A DNA stretch of 42,935 nucleotides, taken from the IMG/VR virus record IMGVR_UViG_3300027690_000121, positions 1-42,935 of that record; one strand, 5' to 3'. The translations under genes were made by a program, and so were the position numbers. Numbering within the stretch: position 1 is the first letter of the stretch; each line of letters starts with the position of its first letter. This document shows, one piece after another, positions 1 to 9,324 of this stretch. The notes under the pieces were generated by a model, which was not told where the DNA came from, made no database searches, and saw only the letters and a program-made list of their open reading frames with translations. Source of the DNA: a virus (taxonomy: Duplodnaviria > Caudoviricetes).

Positions 1-909
1 CTATGCTGCGGTGATGTAAATTACGTTTACGTGAATAAATCCCGCATCCACCAGAGAGGTTAAATCGACGCCGGAACCGGCCGTGGCATTGGTAAACGCG
101 AGATCTAAGTTGTTCCCGTTGACATAGCTCCGAACGAGAATCGCCGTACCGCATGAGTTATGAGCAATTACCCCCGCTACACCTACCACATTGCCGGACA
201 GTGCAGTCGCCTTGATGGTAAGCGTGCCTCCGGCGGCACTAAGACTAAAGCTCGTAGTGGACCCGTCCTTTGCCAGGTTGTCCTCCTCGGCTATGGTGTC
301 CCCGTTGAAATACCCGGTGGTCCAGCATTTCACTTTCAGCGTGCTGGCATTTGTGCCGTTGTTGATGTCCACCCGAAAAGATCTCAATTTTCTCCCGCTG
401 GTGGCGTCCCCCATGATGGCGAGCGGGCTGTCGAGCTTGCTCCAGCTTATTTCGGCCGCGGGGATGTCGGCGTCCTCCACGCCGGTGCAGGTCACATCCA
501 CCGTGCGGAGATCCCAGATGCTCGATTCATTCACATAGCCGTCCCCGTCGGTTTCGAAGCCTCCGATCTTGCGGGAATTGTCGGCGGTCCAGCCGCCCGA
601 GGGATAGGTGGCGTTCTCGGAGATCTTGAAGACCGGCGTGAGCGTGGCATCCAGCGGATGGCAGGCGTAGATATAATAGGTGGTGCTGGCGCTGTAGCTC
701 TCCCCGGTGTCGAGGTCGTCCTCGTCCACGTCCACGTCCGTTTCGATGCAGAAGACGGCGTCGTCCACGCGCACGAAAAACTCCGCCTCGATCCGGACCG
801 TGGTGTTCCCCTGCTTTGTCAGGAACTTGTCGTTATATGGCCCCTGGATCTCGTAGTTGATGGCGAGGGCGATGGAGCCCGCCGTGTTGAACAGGATGCT
901 GTTTCCCAT
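1..909 (-). CDS. Tail fibre / receptor-binding protein with Mtd-like N-terminal region
   Basis: YYIYAC...SENATYPSGGWTADNSRKIGGF...VNESSIWDLR resembles the Bordetella BPP-1 Mtd middle domain; last gene of tail block; lower-GC C-terminus. Confidence 0.65.
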   Translation of the reverse strand: MGNSILFNTAGSIALAINYEIQGPYNDKFLTKQGNTTVRIEAEFFVRVDDAVFCIETDVDVDEDDLDTGESYSASTTYYIYACHPLDATLTPVFKISENATYPSGGWTADNSRKIGGFETDGDGYVNESSIWDLRTVDVTCTGVEDADIPAAEISWSKLDSPLAIMGDATSGRKLRSFRVDINNGTNASTLKVKCWTTGYFNGDTIAEEDNLAKDGSTTSFSLSAAGGTLTIKATALSGNVVGVAGVIAHNSCGTAILVRSYVNGNNLDLAFTNATAGSGVDLTSLVDAGFIHVNVIYITAA

Positions 910-910
910 G

Positions 911-1249
911 TCAGATGCCTCCTTTCAGGAGCTCTTTTCGCTCCTGCTTGGCCGAAAAAAGGGCGTTATGGAGCAAGCGGAGCTCGGATTCCTTGCCTGC
1001 GATCGCGGCCATGAGCGCGGAGACCTCTTTTTCGAGATCGTGGAGCCGCTTCCAGCGCCGCTTCTTCGCGTTTTTCTCCAACGTGATCCGGGCCTTGGCG
1101 GTTGCCAGGTATTTTTTCAGCCGCTGGAATTCGGCCTCGGAGATGAGCGCCCTGTGCTCGCGCAAAAGCCCGGAGGCGAGCCAGGGATCGCAGGAGTTGC
1201 AGACGTTGTAGACGTCCTGCTTGGTCGCGATTTTCGGTCTTCCTCTCAT
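911..1249 (-). CDS. Hypothetical coiled-coil protein (112 aa, MRGRPKIATKQD...)
   Basis: ATG at 1249 with AAGGAGG SD, ATGA overlap with upstream gene; the longer ORF-track start overlaps another gene. Confidence 0.65.
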   Translation of the reverse strand: MRGRPKIATKQDVYNVCNSCDPWLASGLLREHRALISEAEFQRLKKYLATAKARITLEKNAKKRRWKRLHDLEKEVSALMAAIAGKESELRLLHNALFSAKQERKELLKGGI

Positions 1250-1680
1250 GATTCCTCCTTTCCGGCTTTCGGGAAGTGGGCGTCCTTGAAGGCGCGGCCG
1301 GCCTCCACCAGCTCTTCCGCGAAACGGTTGTGCTCGGTGAATTCGCCGGCTTTTCCGGAAACGATGGCGCTTCTCAAGATCTGGAGCTCCTTTTCCAGCG
1401 TGTAGCGCTCGCGGATCTCCTCGCAGACGACGGCATTCACGTCCTCCCGGCTTCCCACGTGCCGGCCGCGAAAACTGGGCGCCTCCCGGAGCTCGGAGAC
1501 CTTGGGCCGGACCGGGGCGTCCATGTCCACGTCGTCGAGGGTCCACTTCCAGGCGAAGGCATGGGGCTTGACGCCGTAAAGCTTGAGATTGGAGCCCAGG
1601 AAATCGTTTCCCTGCCGCACGCAGTCGCGCACGAAGCGCTCGATTTCATCCCTGCCGTTCTTGTGTATGGCGCAGTTCAT
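1246..1680 (-). CDS. Hypothetical tail-region protein (144 aa)
   Basis: GGAG SD, co-oriented, fills the gap between tail genes. Confidence 0.7.
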   Translation of the reverse strand: MNCAIHKNGRDEIERFVRDCVRQGNDFLGSNLKLYGVKPHAFAWKWTLDDVDMDAPVRPKVSELREAPSFRGRHVGSREDVNAVVCEEIRERYTLEKELQILRSAIVSGKAGEFTEHNRFAEELVEAGRAFKDAHFPKAGKEES

Positions 1681-1690
1681 GGCCTTCTCC

Positions 1691-4600
1691 TTACACGTTC
1701 TTGTTGTCGGCGAGCACGTTGGTCGCCCCTTCCAGGTCCTCGACGCCGGTTCCCACGTAAATGGTGAAGTTGGAGGTGACCAGGTTGTGATTGCAATTCG
1801 CGTCGAGGGAGATGCCGATGTCCTTGGCGTCGTCGTGGGCGCCGTTTATGTGATTCCCGCTGATCACATTATAGTCCGAGTAGCTGAGCCGGATGCCGTA
1901 GTGGTAGTCGGTGGTATCGTCGTTTTCGAAGTAAATTTCGTTTCCCTTGATGACGCCGTTCCCGCCCACGCCGACGTAGAGGCCGATCGTGAGGCCGGTC
2001 TCCAGCACCTCGATCCGAACGTTATTCGCCTCCACCAGGAAATTGTGGAGATCGATGGAGATCCCGTAAACGGAATCTCCCGCCCCCCCCAGGGTGCCGT
2101 CGAAGATGACGCTGTTTCCCTTGACGAGCGGATTGTAGCCGCTCGCGCCGATTCCCTCCCAGTTGTAGTGGCAGGCGCTCTTCGAGACGATGACGTTGTT
2201 GACGATCTTGGCCCCGGCCCCGGCGCCGGACTCGATGAAACCGGCCAGGATGCCGTTTAGCCTCACGTCGCTCAGTCGGTTCTCGCCGATGATGGCGGCC
2301 CGGTCCGCGGTGCCGCTGGCGTTGATGTAAATGCCGTAGGCCATCGGGTCGTCGATCTCGTTTCCGATGACCGAGACCTCCTTCACCGTGTCGATGGAGA
2401 CGGCGTGCTTGCCCTTGTAGAACTTGGAATTGAGAATCCGCACCCGGCCGTCGCACTTGTAGACGTAGACGCCCCGGTCGCCGTTTCCGCCGTGGGTGTC
2501 GGCGTCGAGGCAGGAGAGATGCAGGTTGTCGATGAGGAGATCCGGGGTGTTGTTGGCGGCGGCGTCCCCGTAGCAGTAGATCATGTACGTATAAGTGGAG
2601 GTGTTCTGGCTGGCGACCTTGAAGTTCATCATCCGCACGAACTTGGTGAGATTGTAGAGAATGAAGCCGTGCTGGCCCGCCGCGTTCTGGATCACCACGC
2701 CATCGCGGTTCTCGCCCACGATGTCGATATCCCGATCGGGGAGATAGACGGGCGCGGAGAGGGCGTAGGTGCCGTTTAAAATGTAGATGCCGTTGTGGCG
2801 GCTCTCCGCGAGGGCGCGGACGGCCGCCTGGATGGAGGTGAACTGGCCTGAGCCGGCGTAGGGTCCCACGATGAGATAGGGGAGGCCCCAGAGGTCGTAG
2901 GAGCGGAGCCCGAGGCTTTCCGAGCTCAGAGGGCCTGAAAGGGGCGGCTCCCAGCACTTGGTGGTGTCCTCGGTGTAGTAGCTCACGGCGCTCGGAGAGA
3001 GATCGCCCCAGTCGTCCAGGGCCGCGCTCGTCTCGGTGGCGCGGATCGCGACGGAGCCATCGCGGTTGACCGTCACCTGGTCGATCAAAACGGCGTAGCT
3101 GCCGTTATAGTCGGCGTGATTGATGGTGATCACGTCGTCGGGCTGAAGCGCCAGGCAGTCGGGCTTCGCCGTGAAGGAGATCTCGCCCATCCGCAGGAAT
3201 TTCCGCTGGTAGTAGAGGGTTCCGAGCTTCTGGGTCTCCTGGGAGTCCTGGATGAAGGGAAGCTCCAGCACCTCCTGGCTGATCTTGGTTTTTGTGCTCC
3301 CCTTGGCCGGCACCAGGATCTTGAGGAAGCGGTCCTGGGCCTCGTCGTCCTCCTGGAAGGCCACGTAGCCGCAATCGGAAAGCTCCACGTAGGAGGCGGA
3401 CTCGCGGCTGAAGGTGCCGGGGCCGCGCTCCTGGGATTTCACGATGTTGGCCTTGGTGAGGGTCTTCTGGCTGGTTTTGGAGAGCGTGTGGAGCTCGATC
3501 TTCTCCCCCACGATGAGGGTCGAGTGACACATGTTCAAGAGCATGGCGAGGACTTTTTCGCGCGGCTGCTTGTACCATAGGGCGCCGTTCCAGGCGAGAC
3601 CCCAGGAGGTGTACGTGGTTTCGGCCGTTTCAAAGGTGGAGCCGACGCCCGTGTCGATATCGCCCGAATCCACGCCCATGTCCTCCAGCACGAATTCGAT
3701 GATATCGGCCGGACTCGTCATGGAAGCGGTGTCGGAGCGGGTGAATTTCGTGGGCATGTCGAGGAAGTGCTCGCCCTGGCGCCACAGGCCGTTCGCCTCT
3801 GCGGTGCCGTCGTTGTCAATGTCGGCGATCACCGCCTGAAAGACCCGCCAGTTATCGGTCCCGTCGTTCTTGGTGGATTGGGTGAAGCTGAAGCTCCCGG
3901 AGGCCCACTCGCTCCTGATGCCCCAGGCCCGCGGGGAGCGCACCTTGCTGATGGTGTACGTGGGCGTGGTGGAGCCGAGGAGGTAGTAGCGGGATCCCTG
4001 GACCATGCTCACCGAGTCCCCGGCCGCCTCGTTCACGAGTCCCGCGTCGGAGTAGTCGAAGGCGCCGTTCACGACCTCGATCTCGGCGGCCGAGGCCTTG
4101 ACCACCCAGAAGACGCCGTTATTCTCGCTTTCGGTGAATCCGGAGACCGTCACGAACCGGCCCGGCTCGATGGACCCGAATCCGCTCCCGGAGTCCGTGA
4201 ACTTGCAATGGTTTCCGTCGGCGGCGGCCACGGCCGCGATGGTGGTGTCCGAAACCGTGATCGCGTTTCCGATGTAGACGCTCCTGAGCGGCACGTAGGC
4301 CGTGCCGAAGGGGAGCGGGATGCAGACGTTGTCGTCGAGATCCGTGTCCGTGCCGAAGAAGATGTCCTTGATCATGCGGGTGTTGGGGTAGTCGCCCCGG
4401 AGGTGCTCCTGGAGGAAGTCCTCGCAGACGAAATGGAGCTCCTGGTAGATCGAGGCGCAGTCCTTGATCCTGAACTTCCAGGAGCGGATGATCTCCTCGT
4501 CGGTGCCGTCGCTTATGACCTCTTTCAAGAGCACGGTGCCGCCCGTAAAATTGCTCGCCGTGTAGGCGTTGTCCACGTTCGCCGCGCGGAAACGGAGCTC

Positions 4601-4825
4601 GTTCGGGGCCTGGATGCCCAGCTCGGATTTCGACCGGTTCATGACGACGCCGGCGAAGCTCTCGGGCACGATGTTGAAATCATAGGCCTGGGCGTCAAAG
4701 GTATAGGCCTTGGTGGACCAGTAGTAGGTGGTCGGTCCGGCCGCGTCGGTCACCTCGAAAAGCCAGGTCACGAGCGGGTAATCGGAGCCGATGATGGCGA
4801 GCTGTGTGGCATCGAGGCTAAGCAT
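1691..4825 (-). CDS. Tail tip/hub protein with C-terminal right-handed beta-helix (pectin-lyase-like)
   Basis: 1044 aa, two genes after the tape measure; PLPFG and LQPDDVITI hub-like motifs; C-terminus has FTSIQAAV..GTY and repeated I.GN.I beta-helix rungs. Confidence 0.75.
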   Translation of the reverse strand: MLSLDATQLAIIGSDYPLVTWLFEVTDAAGPTTYYWSTKAYTFDAQAYDFNIVPESFAGVVMNRSKSELGIQAPNELRFRAANVDNAYTASNFTGGTVLLKEVISDGTDEEIIRSWKFRIKDCASIYQELHFVCEDFLQEHLRGDYPNTRMIKDIFFGTDTDLDDNVCIPLPFGTAYVPLRSVYIGNAITVSDTTIAAVAAADGNHCKFTDSGSGFGSIEPGRFVTVSGFTESENNGVFWVVKASAAEIEVVNGAFDYSDAGLVNEAAGDSVSMVQGSRYYLLGSTTPTYTISKVRSPRAWGIRSEWASGSFSFTQSTKNDGTDNWRVFQAVIADIDNDGTAEANGLWRQGEHFLDMPTKFTRSDTASMTSPADIIEFVLEDMGVDSGDIDTGVGSTFETAETTYTSWGLAWNGALWYKQPREKVLAMLLNMCHSTLIVGEKIELHTLSKTSQKTLTKANIVKSQERGPGTFSRESASYVELSDCGYVAFQEDDEAQDRFLKILVPAKGSTKTKISQEVLELPFIQDSQETQKLGTLYYQRKFLRMGEISFTAKPDCLALQPDDVITINHADYNGSYAVLIDQVTVNRDGSVAIRATETSAALDDWGDLSPSAVSYYTEDTTKCWEPPLSGPLSSESLGLRSYDLWGLPYLIVGPYAGSGQFTSIQAAVRALAESRHNGIYILNGTYALSAPVYLPDRDIDIVGENRDGVVIQNAAGQHGFILYNLTKFVRMMNFKVASQNTSTYTYMIYCYGDAAANNTPDLLIDNLHLSCLDADTHGGNGDRGVYVYKCDGRVRILNSKFYKGKHAVSIDTVKEVSVIGNEIDDPMAYGIYINASGTADRAAIIGENRLSDVRLNGILAGFIESGAGAGAKIVNNVIVSKSACHYNWEGIGASGYNPLVKGNSVIFDGTLGGAGDSVYGISIDLHNFLVEANNVRIEVLETGLTIGLYVGVGGNGVIKGNEIYFENDDTTDYHYGIRLSYSDYNVISGNHINGAHDDAKDIGISLDANCNHNLVTSNFTIYVGTGVEDLEGATNVLADNKNV

Positions 4826-5246
4826 CGTCGATCTTCCCCAGCACTTTGAACCGGATATTCAGGATGCCATAGACGTCATGGGCCTTGCGGGCGCGCTCCA
4901 TGTCGCAGTCGAAGCGGACCACGTAGGTGTGCCCGTCGTCGGGATGCTCCCACTTGAAGCTTTTTTGCCGGCCGTTTCCCTTGGCGCTGTCGTAGTAGAA
5001 ATCGATCAGGGTTCCCGCCTCGCTCTCGGTCACCACGTCCCAGGCAAGTTCCACGTGAAAGATGGAGTCGTTCGAGAGCGACACCCGCTGCTCGGAGCCG
5101 TCGTCCCCCTCATGGACCACCTGGTTCTTGGTGCCCCGCTCGGTAAGCACCCCCTGGGGGTGGATTTCGTAGCCCCCCGCCCCCAGGGTGATGTCCACGT
5201 CGGGGGTGACGGTGGAAAGGTAGTCGTACATTTCCTTGGCGGCCAT
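4818..5246 (-). CDS. Putative distal tail protein (142 aa)
   Basis: Immediately after tape measure; GRQKSFKWEHP...YVVRFD pattern like minor tail/Dit proteins. Confidence 0.6.
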   Translation of the reverse strand: MAAKEMYDYLSTVTPDVDITLGAGGYEIHPQGVLTERGTKNQVVHEGDDGSEQRVSLSNDSIFHVELAWDVVTESEAGTLIDFYYDSAKGNGRQKSFKWEHPDDGHTYVVRFDCDMERARKAHDVYGILNIRFKVLGKIDDA

Positions 5247-5252
5247 GTCACC

Positions 5253-8200
5253 TCACTGCAAAACCCGCGATGTTTCCGCGATCAAATCCACGTTGCCGCT
5301 CCGGTACTGGTTCGCCACCACGGTGGCGATCACGCGGCCGTCCACGGTGATGGAGATCTCGCCCCCGTCGCGGATGGCGTCCGCGATATCGAGAAGCATG
5401 GGGCCAAGGGCCTTGGCCGTAGCCTCTCCGATCTGCTGAGCCTGGTTTGTGCCCGAGGGCGTCAGGTGGCTGAGCTCGCCGCCGGCCCCGAACATCTTCT
5501 CCCAGCGCCCGGCGTAATCGCCCGGGCCGTATTCCTTCCAGAAGGGCAGGTATTCGCCCTGGAGGTAGCTCAAAAGCGCCTGCATCTCGCTTTCTCCGCC
5601 CGTCCTGGCGGCCGAGACGAGCTCCCCGTAGCGCCGCTCGAAGGCGGCGAGGGACTGGACCGGGGCGAGCGCGGAGGTGGACATGGAGCCCATGAACTGG
5701 GCGAGCATGTCCGAGACGGTGTCCCGCACCCTGGCCGCTGCGGCCTCTGCCGCGTCGGCCCGCATCTTCTCGGCCCTGGCGAGCTCCTCCTCGGTCGCCC
5801 CCAGGTCCTTGAGCCTGTCGATCCAGGCGTCGAACCGATCGTTGAGGGACCAGAGCTCCTTTTCCAGGTCCGTCACGAGCCCCAGCTCCTCCTGCCAGTA
5901 GCGGGTCATCTCGGTCATCACGTCGCCCCGCTGGGCCGAGAAATATTGCTCCATTTGGGCCAGGGCCGTAGTGCCGTCGGCCGCGTTTTTCATTTGGAGA
6001 TTCAGCTCCTGGAGTGCTGCAAGCTCCGCCTGGATCATCTCGACCGGCATAATAAAGCGTCCGGTGGCCGCTTCTTCCCAAGCTCTGCCATATGCTGTAT
6101 TGATATAGGTTCCACGGACTCGTTCTGCAAAGTGTGCGTAGAAATCTTGAGCATATGTAAGATCCGCCTGCGTCTGTGCGATCCTGGCCGCAATCTCGGC
6201 TTGCACCGGGGCGAGGTCTGCGGCGAAGTCCCCCAGGTCCTCGAAAAACTCGATGACCTTGTTTCGCTCGCGCTCGTAGGTGGTCATCGGCGTCCATTGC
6301 TGGAAGGTGTCGGCGATCTCCGTATCCACGTCCCGTACGACCAGCATGAGCTCTTTCACGTAGTTAATCCAGGCCTGGAATTCCGGTTCGTGCCTGAGCT
6401 CCTGCACCCAGCCACCCGGGACGAGGTTCATGATTTGCTGCCAGGCGGAGCCGTAAGTGGCCCGAGCCTGCTCCACCTGCTCCATCCACGGGTAGTCCGT
6501 ACCGGCGAGCCTGCGGTTGAGGGAAGCGGTGTTTTCCTTCAGCGAGGCGGTCAGTTCGGCAAGCGCTCTTAGCTGGGCCTTGATCATCTCATCGCGCTCG
6601 TCCGTGGCGCCCCAGAAATGAGGTAGGTTTTCCGCAATGTTACTGACGATAAATTTTGCCATGTAGGCCCAGGCCGTCATCATCGCTCCGCCGGCCATCG
6701 AGCCGAAACCGCCTTTCACCGCGCCCCAATCGAACCCGCCGCCGCCCATCCCGAAGCCTTCCATAACTTCCTTGAGACCGCTTTTGATTTCGTTTCCGAG
6801 GGTTTCTCCCAGGATGTCGTAGATCACGCCCTTGAGGTTGTCGAAGAAGTCCTTTGCCGCGTCCCAGGCCTCCGTAAATCCGTCACTGATCGCGGCCGAA
6901 ATCGTCATCCCCATCCGGTCCCATGCCCTATCCCAGGCCTCCTGGAACTCCTTGATCCCGTCCTTCCCGGCTTCCATCCCCTGCTCGAACGGGTCCCAGG
7001 TCTCGGTGGGCAGCCTTTCAAATTCCGCCTCCCACGATTTTATGCGCTCCTCTTTTTCCTCCCTGAGCCTCTCCATCGCTTCGGCCTGGCGTTCGGCGGC
7101 CTGGATGTTCTTGTTGATCTGCTCCACCCATTCTTGCCAGAAGTAAAGCTCTGCCTCTAAGGCTCTATTTTGAGCCTCTGTTTCAGCAGTCAATTTCTTT
7201 TTCGCAGCAATTTCTTGTTCAATTTTTTGAGCGATAATTTTTGGGTCAATGCTTTCGAGAGTCTTCTGGGTCTCTTGGGCAATGGTCTTTTGCGTCTCTT
7301 GGGCAATGGTTTTCTGCACGTTTGCTATTGCCGACATAAGACGTTTCTCTTCTTCGTATAGCTTGGCAAGATGTTCATGCTGCCGGATTATCGCGGTGGT
7401 TTCACTCGGCATCTTGCCAGTGCGGATCTCAGCAATTTCTTGCCTAACATCGGTCAATCTGTCGAAAAGCTCATGAGATTTCTTGACAAGAGCTTGCTCC
7501 TCGGTAGGAGATTTGAAGAATGACGCCCAATAGCTCGCCGTCTGGATCAATAATCCCGTCATAGTCGTCACGAGCGGCATAAGCGCCTTTAGACCTTCAC
7601 CTACATCTTTTGCCCACTGCTGGATCTCACGAGAACCGGCAAATTTATTTATTTGTTTCAGCAGATCATTGAACACCGGTAAAAGCTTTTCCCCGAACGC
7701 CGCCTTCAGCTCCTCCACGTTCCGCTGGAAGATCTTGAGCTGGTTGGCGTACTCCCCCTGGGTCCGCGTGAAATCGCCCACCGCGGCCTTGGAGCTTTCC
7801 ACCATGAGGGTGTAGGCGGCCTGGGCCTTCTGGGCCACCGTGAGCTCGCCCTTGGTCTGGGCGAGGCCCATGTTGAGCGCCTTCTGTTCCACGATGGTGG
7901 CGTTGATGACCACGCCGTATTTTTTCATGGTCTCGTAGTTCCCCACCAGGGCGGACATGATGTCGTCCATCACCTGGGCCGTGGGGAGGTTGTTGAAGCT
8001 TCCCAGGTCCACGGAGAGCTTGACGATCTCGTGGCTGAGGATCCCGGCCTGGCCTGCCGCCATGCCCATCGGCACAAGCAGGTCCTGGACCGAGGAGAGA
8101 TACTGGCGCGCGGCCCGGGTGGAAAGGCCGTAGTTGTCGAAGAGGTTTTGCGCCCACTTGTTCGCGGCTTCCATCTGGCCGGCGAAGACCACCCCGAACT

Positions 8201-8495
8201 TGTTGGTCACCTCCACCAGGTCGGAGGCCGCCTTGACGCTGTCGGCCATGAGGCCGAGCGTTTCCCGTGCGAGCTTGTAGAGGCCCAGAGCCGCAAACGC
8301 CGCCCCCAGGCTTTTTACCAGCCCGTGGGTGGTCGTGAGGCGCGCCTTCATGCCGTCGAGCGCCCGATTGGGATGTTCCAGGCCCCTTTCGCCCTTGCGG
8401 CCGGCGTCCTCCATCGCATCGGCGAAGCCCTTCACGCGGGCGATCCCGGTGCGGGTATCCACTTCGATCCGAATTTCGACCTTGTTATCGGGCAT
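5253..8495 (-). CDS. Tape measure protein (1080 aa)
   Basis: Long Ala/Glu-rich helical protein after the tail chaperones; DLGSFNN...SALVGNYETMKKYGVVI TMP motif. Confidence 0.92.
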   Translation of the reverse strand: MPDNKVEIRIEVDTRTGIARVKGFADAMEDAGRKGERGLEHPNRALDGMKARLTTTHGLVKSLGAAFAALGLYKLARETLGLMADSVKAASDLVEVTNKFGVVFAGQMEAANKWAQNLFDNYGLSTRAARQYLSSVQDLLVPMGMAAGQAGILSHEIVKLSVDLGSFNNLPTAQVMDDIMSALVGNYETMKKYGVVINATIVEQKALNMGLAQTKGELTVAQKAQAAYTLMVESSKAAVGDFTRTQGEYANQLKIFQRNVEELKAAFGEKLLPVFNDLLKQINKFAGSREIQQWAKDVGEGLKALMPLVTTMTGLLIQTASYWASFFKSPTEEQALVKKSHELFDRLTDVRQEIAEIRTGKMPSETTAIIRQHEHLAKLYEEEKRLMSAIANVQKTIAQETQKTIAQETQKTLESIDPKIIAQKIEQEIAAKKKLTAETEAQNRALEAELYFWQEWVEQINKNIQAAERQAEAMERLREEKEERIKSWEAEFERLPTETWDPFEQGMEAGKDGIKEFQEAWDRAWDRMGMTISAAISDGFTEAWDAAKDFFDNLKGVIYDILGETLGNEIKSGLKEVMEGFGMGGGGFDWGAVKGGFGSMAGGAMMTAWAYMAKFIVSNIAENLPHFWGATDERDEMIKAQLRALAELTASLKENTASLNRRLAGTDYPWMEQVEQARATYGSAWQQIMNLVPGGWVQELRHEPEFQAWINYVKELMLVVRDVDTEIADTFQQWTPMTTYERERNKVIEFFEDLGDFAADLAPVQAEIAARIAQTQADLTYAQDFYAHFAERVRGTYINTAYGRAWEEAATGRFIMPVEMIQAELAALQELNLQMKNAADGTTALAQMEQYFSAQRGDVMTEMTRYWQEELGLVTDLEKELWSLNDRFDAWIDRLKDLGATEEELARAEKMRADAAEAAAARVRDTVSDMLAQFMGSMSTSALAPVQSLAAFERRYGELVSAARTGGESEMQALLSYLQGEYLPFWKEYGPGDYAGRWEKMFGAGGELSHLTPSGTNQAQQIGEATAKALGPMLLDIADAIRDGGEISITVDGRVIATVVANQYRSGNVDLIAETSRVLQ

Positions 8496-8504
8496 CTTTT
8501 TTCT

Positions 8505-8789
8505 CTATGCCTTGCGCTCTCCCGCTCTCCCGCCCTCGCGGGCCTTCCCCCTGAGTCCCCTGGCGATCGCTTCGAGCTTCCGGAGTATGGGAAGCGTCTC
8601 GCCGATCCCGAGCTCTCCCATCACGTGGACCGCGGCCTGGTAGTCCACGCTCAGGCCCGAAAGGTCCGAGCGGATGACGCCCGGGAAGCGGGCGAAAAAC
8701 TCCCAGGCCTCGGCATTTTCCTCCATCAATTCCGTTTTTCCGCACTGTTCGCACGATGCAGGCACCTTTGCAGGCTCAAGCTGCCGCAC
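8505..8789 (-). CDS. Tail assembly chaperone, frameshift extension (lambda gpT-like)
   Basis: In the -1 frame relative to the upstream chaperone, open from the slippery site at 8852-8858. Confidence 0.75.
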   Translation of the reverse strand: MRQLEPAKVPASCEQCGKTELMEENAEAWEFFARFPGVIRSDLSGLSVDYQAAVHVMGELGIGETLPILRKLEAIARGLRGKAREGGRAGERKA

Positions 8790-9241
8790 TACTTCGCAGG
8801 TTCGGCAGCTAAACCGCGGTCGTAGGGCGTGCCACCGTGCGAACCTTTCGAGTTTTTTTCCTGGGCCTCCAGCCGCTCGGCCTCCTGCTGCTCCAGGTCG
8901 TTGGATTGGGCCACGACCCAGTTGGCGAAGCTCGAAATGGCATCCGTCACCAGCACCTTCGTCTCCGCGGTGCAGGGGAGGGGCTTGCCCTCGGAATCCA
9001 CGATGCCCTCCCAGTCCTCGATCAGGTGATCATAGATCAGGCGATCGAGCTTTTCCTGGTCGATCCTCTCGTCGATCACGCGCCTTCCCGCCTCGTCGAA
9101 GCGGTAGTCCTTGAAGGAGGACTCCTTCTGGAAGGCCCGGAATTTGGACCGGCTCAGGGTCCGGATCTTCACCCGCACCCCGCGCACCCAGTCGCACCAG
9201 GCGCCATCGGTCGCTTTTTTCTCGTCGAATACGATCGGCAT
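8789..9241 (-). CDS. Tail assembly chaperone (lambda gpG-like)
   Basis: Between tail tube and TMP; LIEDWEGIVDSEGKPLPCT motif; AAGGAG SD. Confidence 0.8.
   Translation of the reverse strand: MPIVFDEKKATDGAWCDWVRGVRVKIRTLSRSKFRAFQKESSFKDYRFDEAGRRVIDERIDQEKLDRLIYDHLIEDWEGIVDSEGKPLPCTAETKVLVTDAISSFANWVVAQSNDLEQQEAERLEAQEKNSKGSHGGTPYDRGLAAEPAK
8852..8858 (-). promoter_or_regulatory. Programmed -1 ribosomal frameshift site A AAA AAC
   Basis: GAA AAA AAC in the gpG frame; a -1 shift reads EKKLERFARWH...CRTC...CEQC into the 8505-8789 ORF without a stop. Confidence 0.8.
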
Positions 9242-9256
9242 GCTTGCACTCCTTTT

Positions 9257-9324
9257 GCGTTAGGAACGTTAGGTTCGTTCGAACGTTAATAACGCTCTAA
9301 ACGATCTTAACGCTCTAAACGTTA
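9257..9324. repeat. Degenerate 9-mer tandem repeats (AACGTTAGG / AACGCTCTA type)
   Basis: cgttaggaacgttaggttcgttcgaacgttaataacgctctaaacgatcttaacgctctaaacgtta in an AT-rich intergenic gap. Confidence 0.7.

Noticed and set aside
1-909. Diversity-generating retroelement suggested by the Mtd-like gene
   Set aside because: No reverse transcriptase, no template/variable repeat pair differing at adenines, and no CLec-like C-terminus in the window
4791-6572. Long + strand ORFs (also 21320-22924, 24478-25911, 26057-27388, 39392-41041 and others)
   Set aside because: Antisense shadows of well-supported - strand genes in GC-rich DNA; no recognisable motifs
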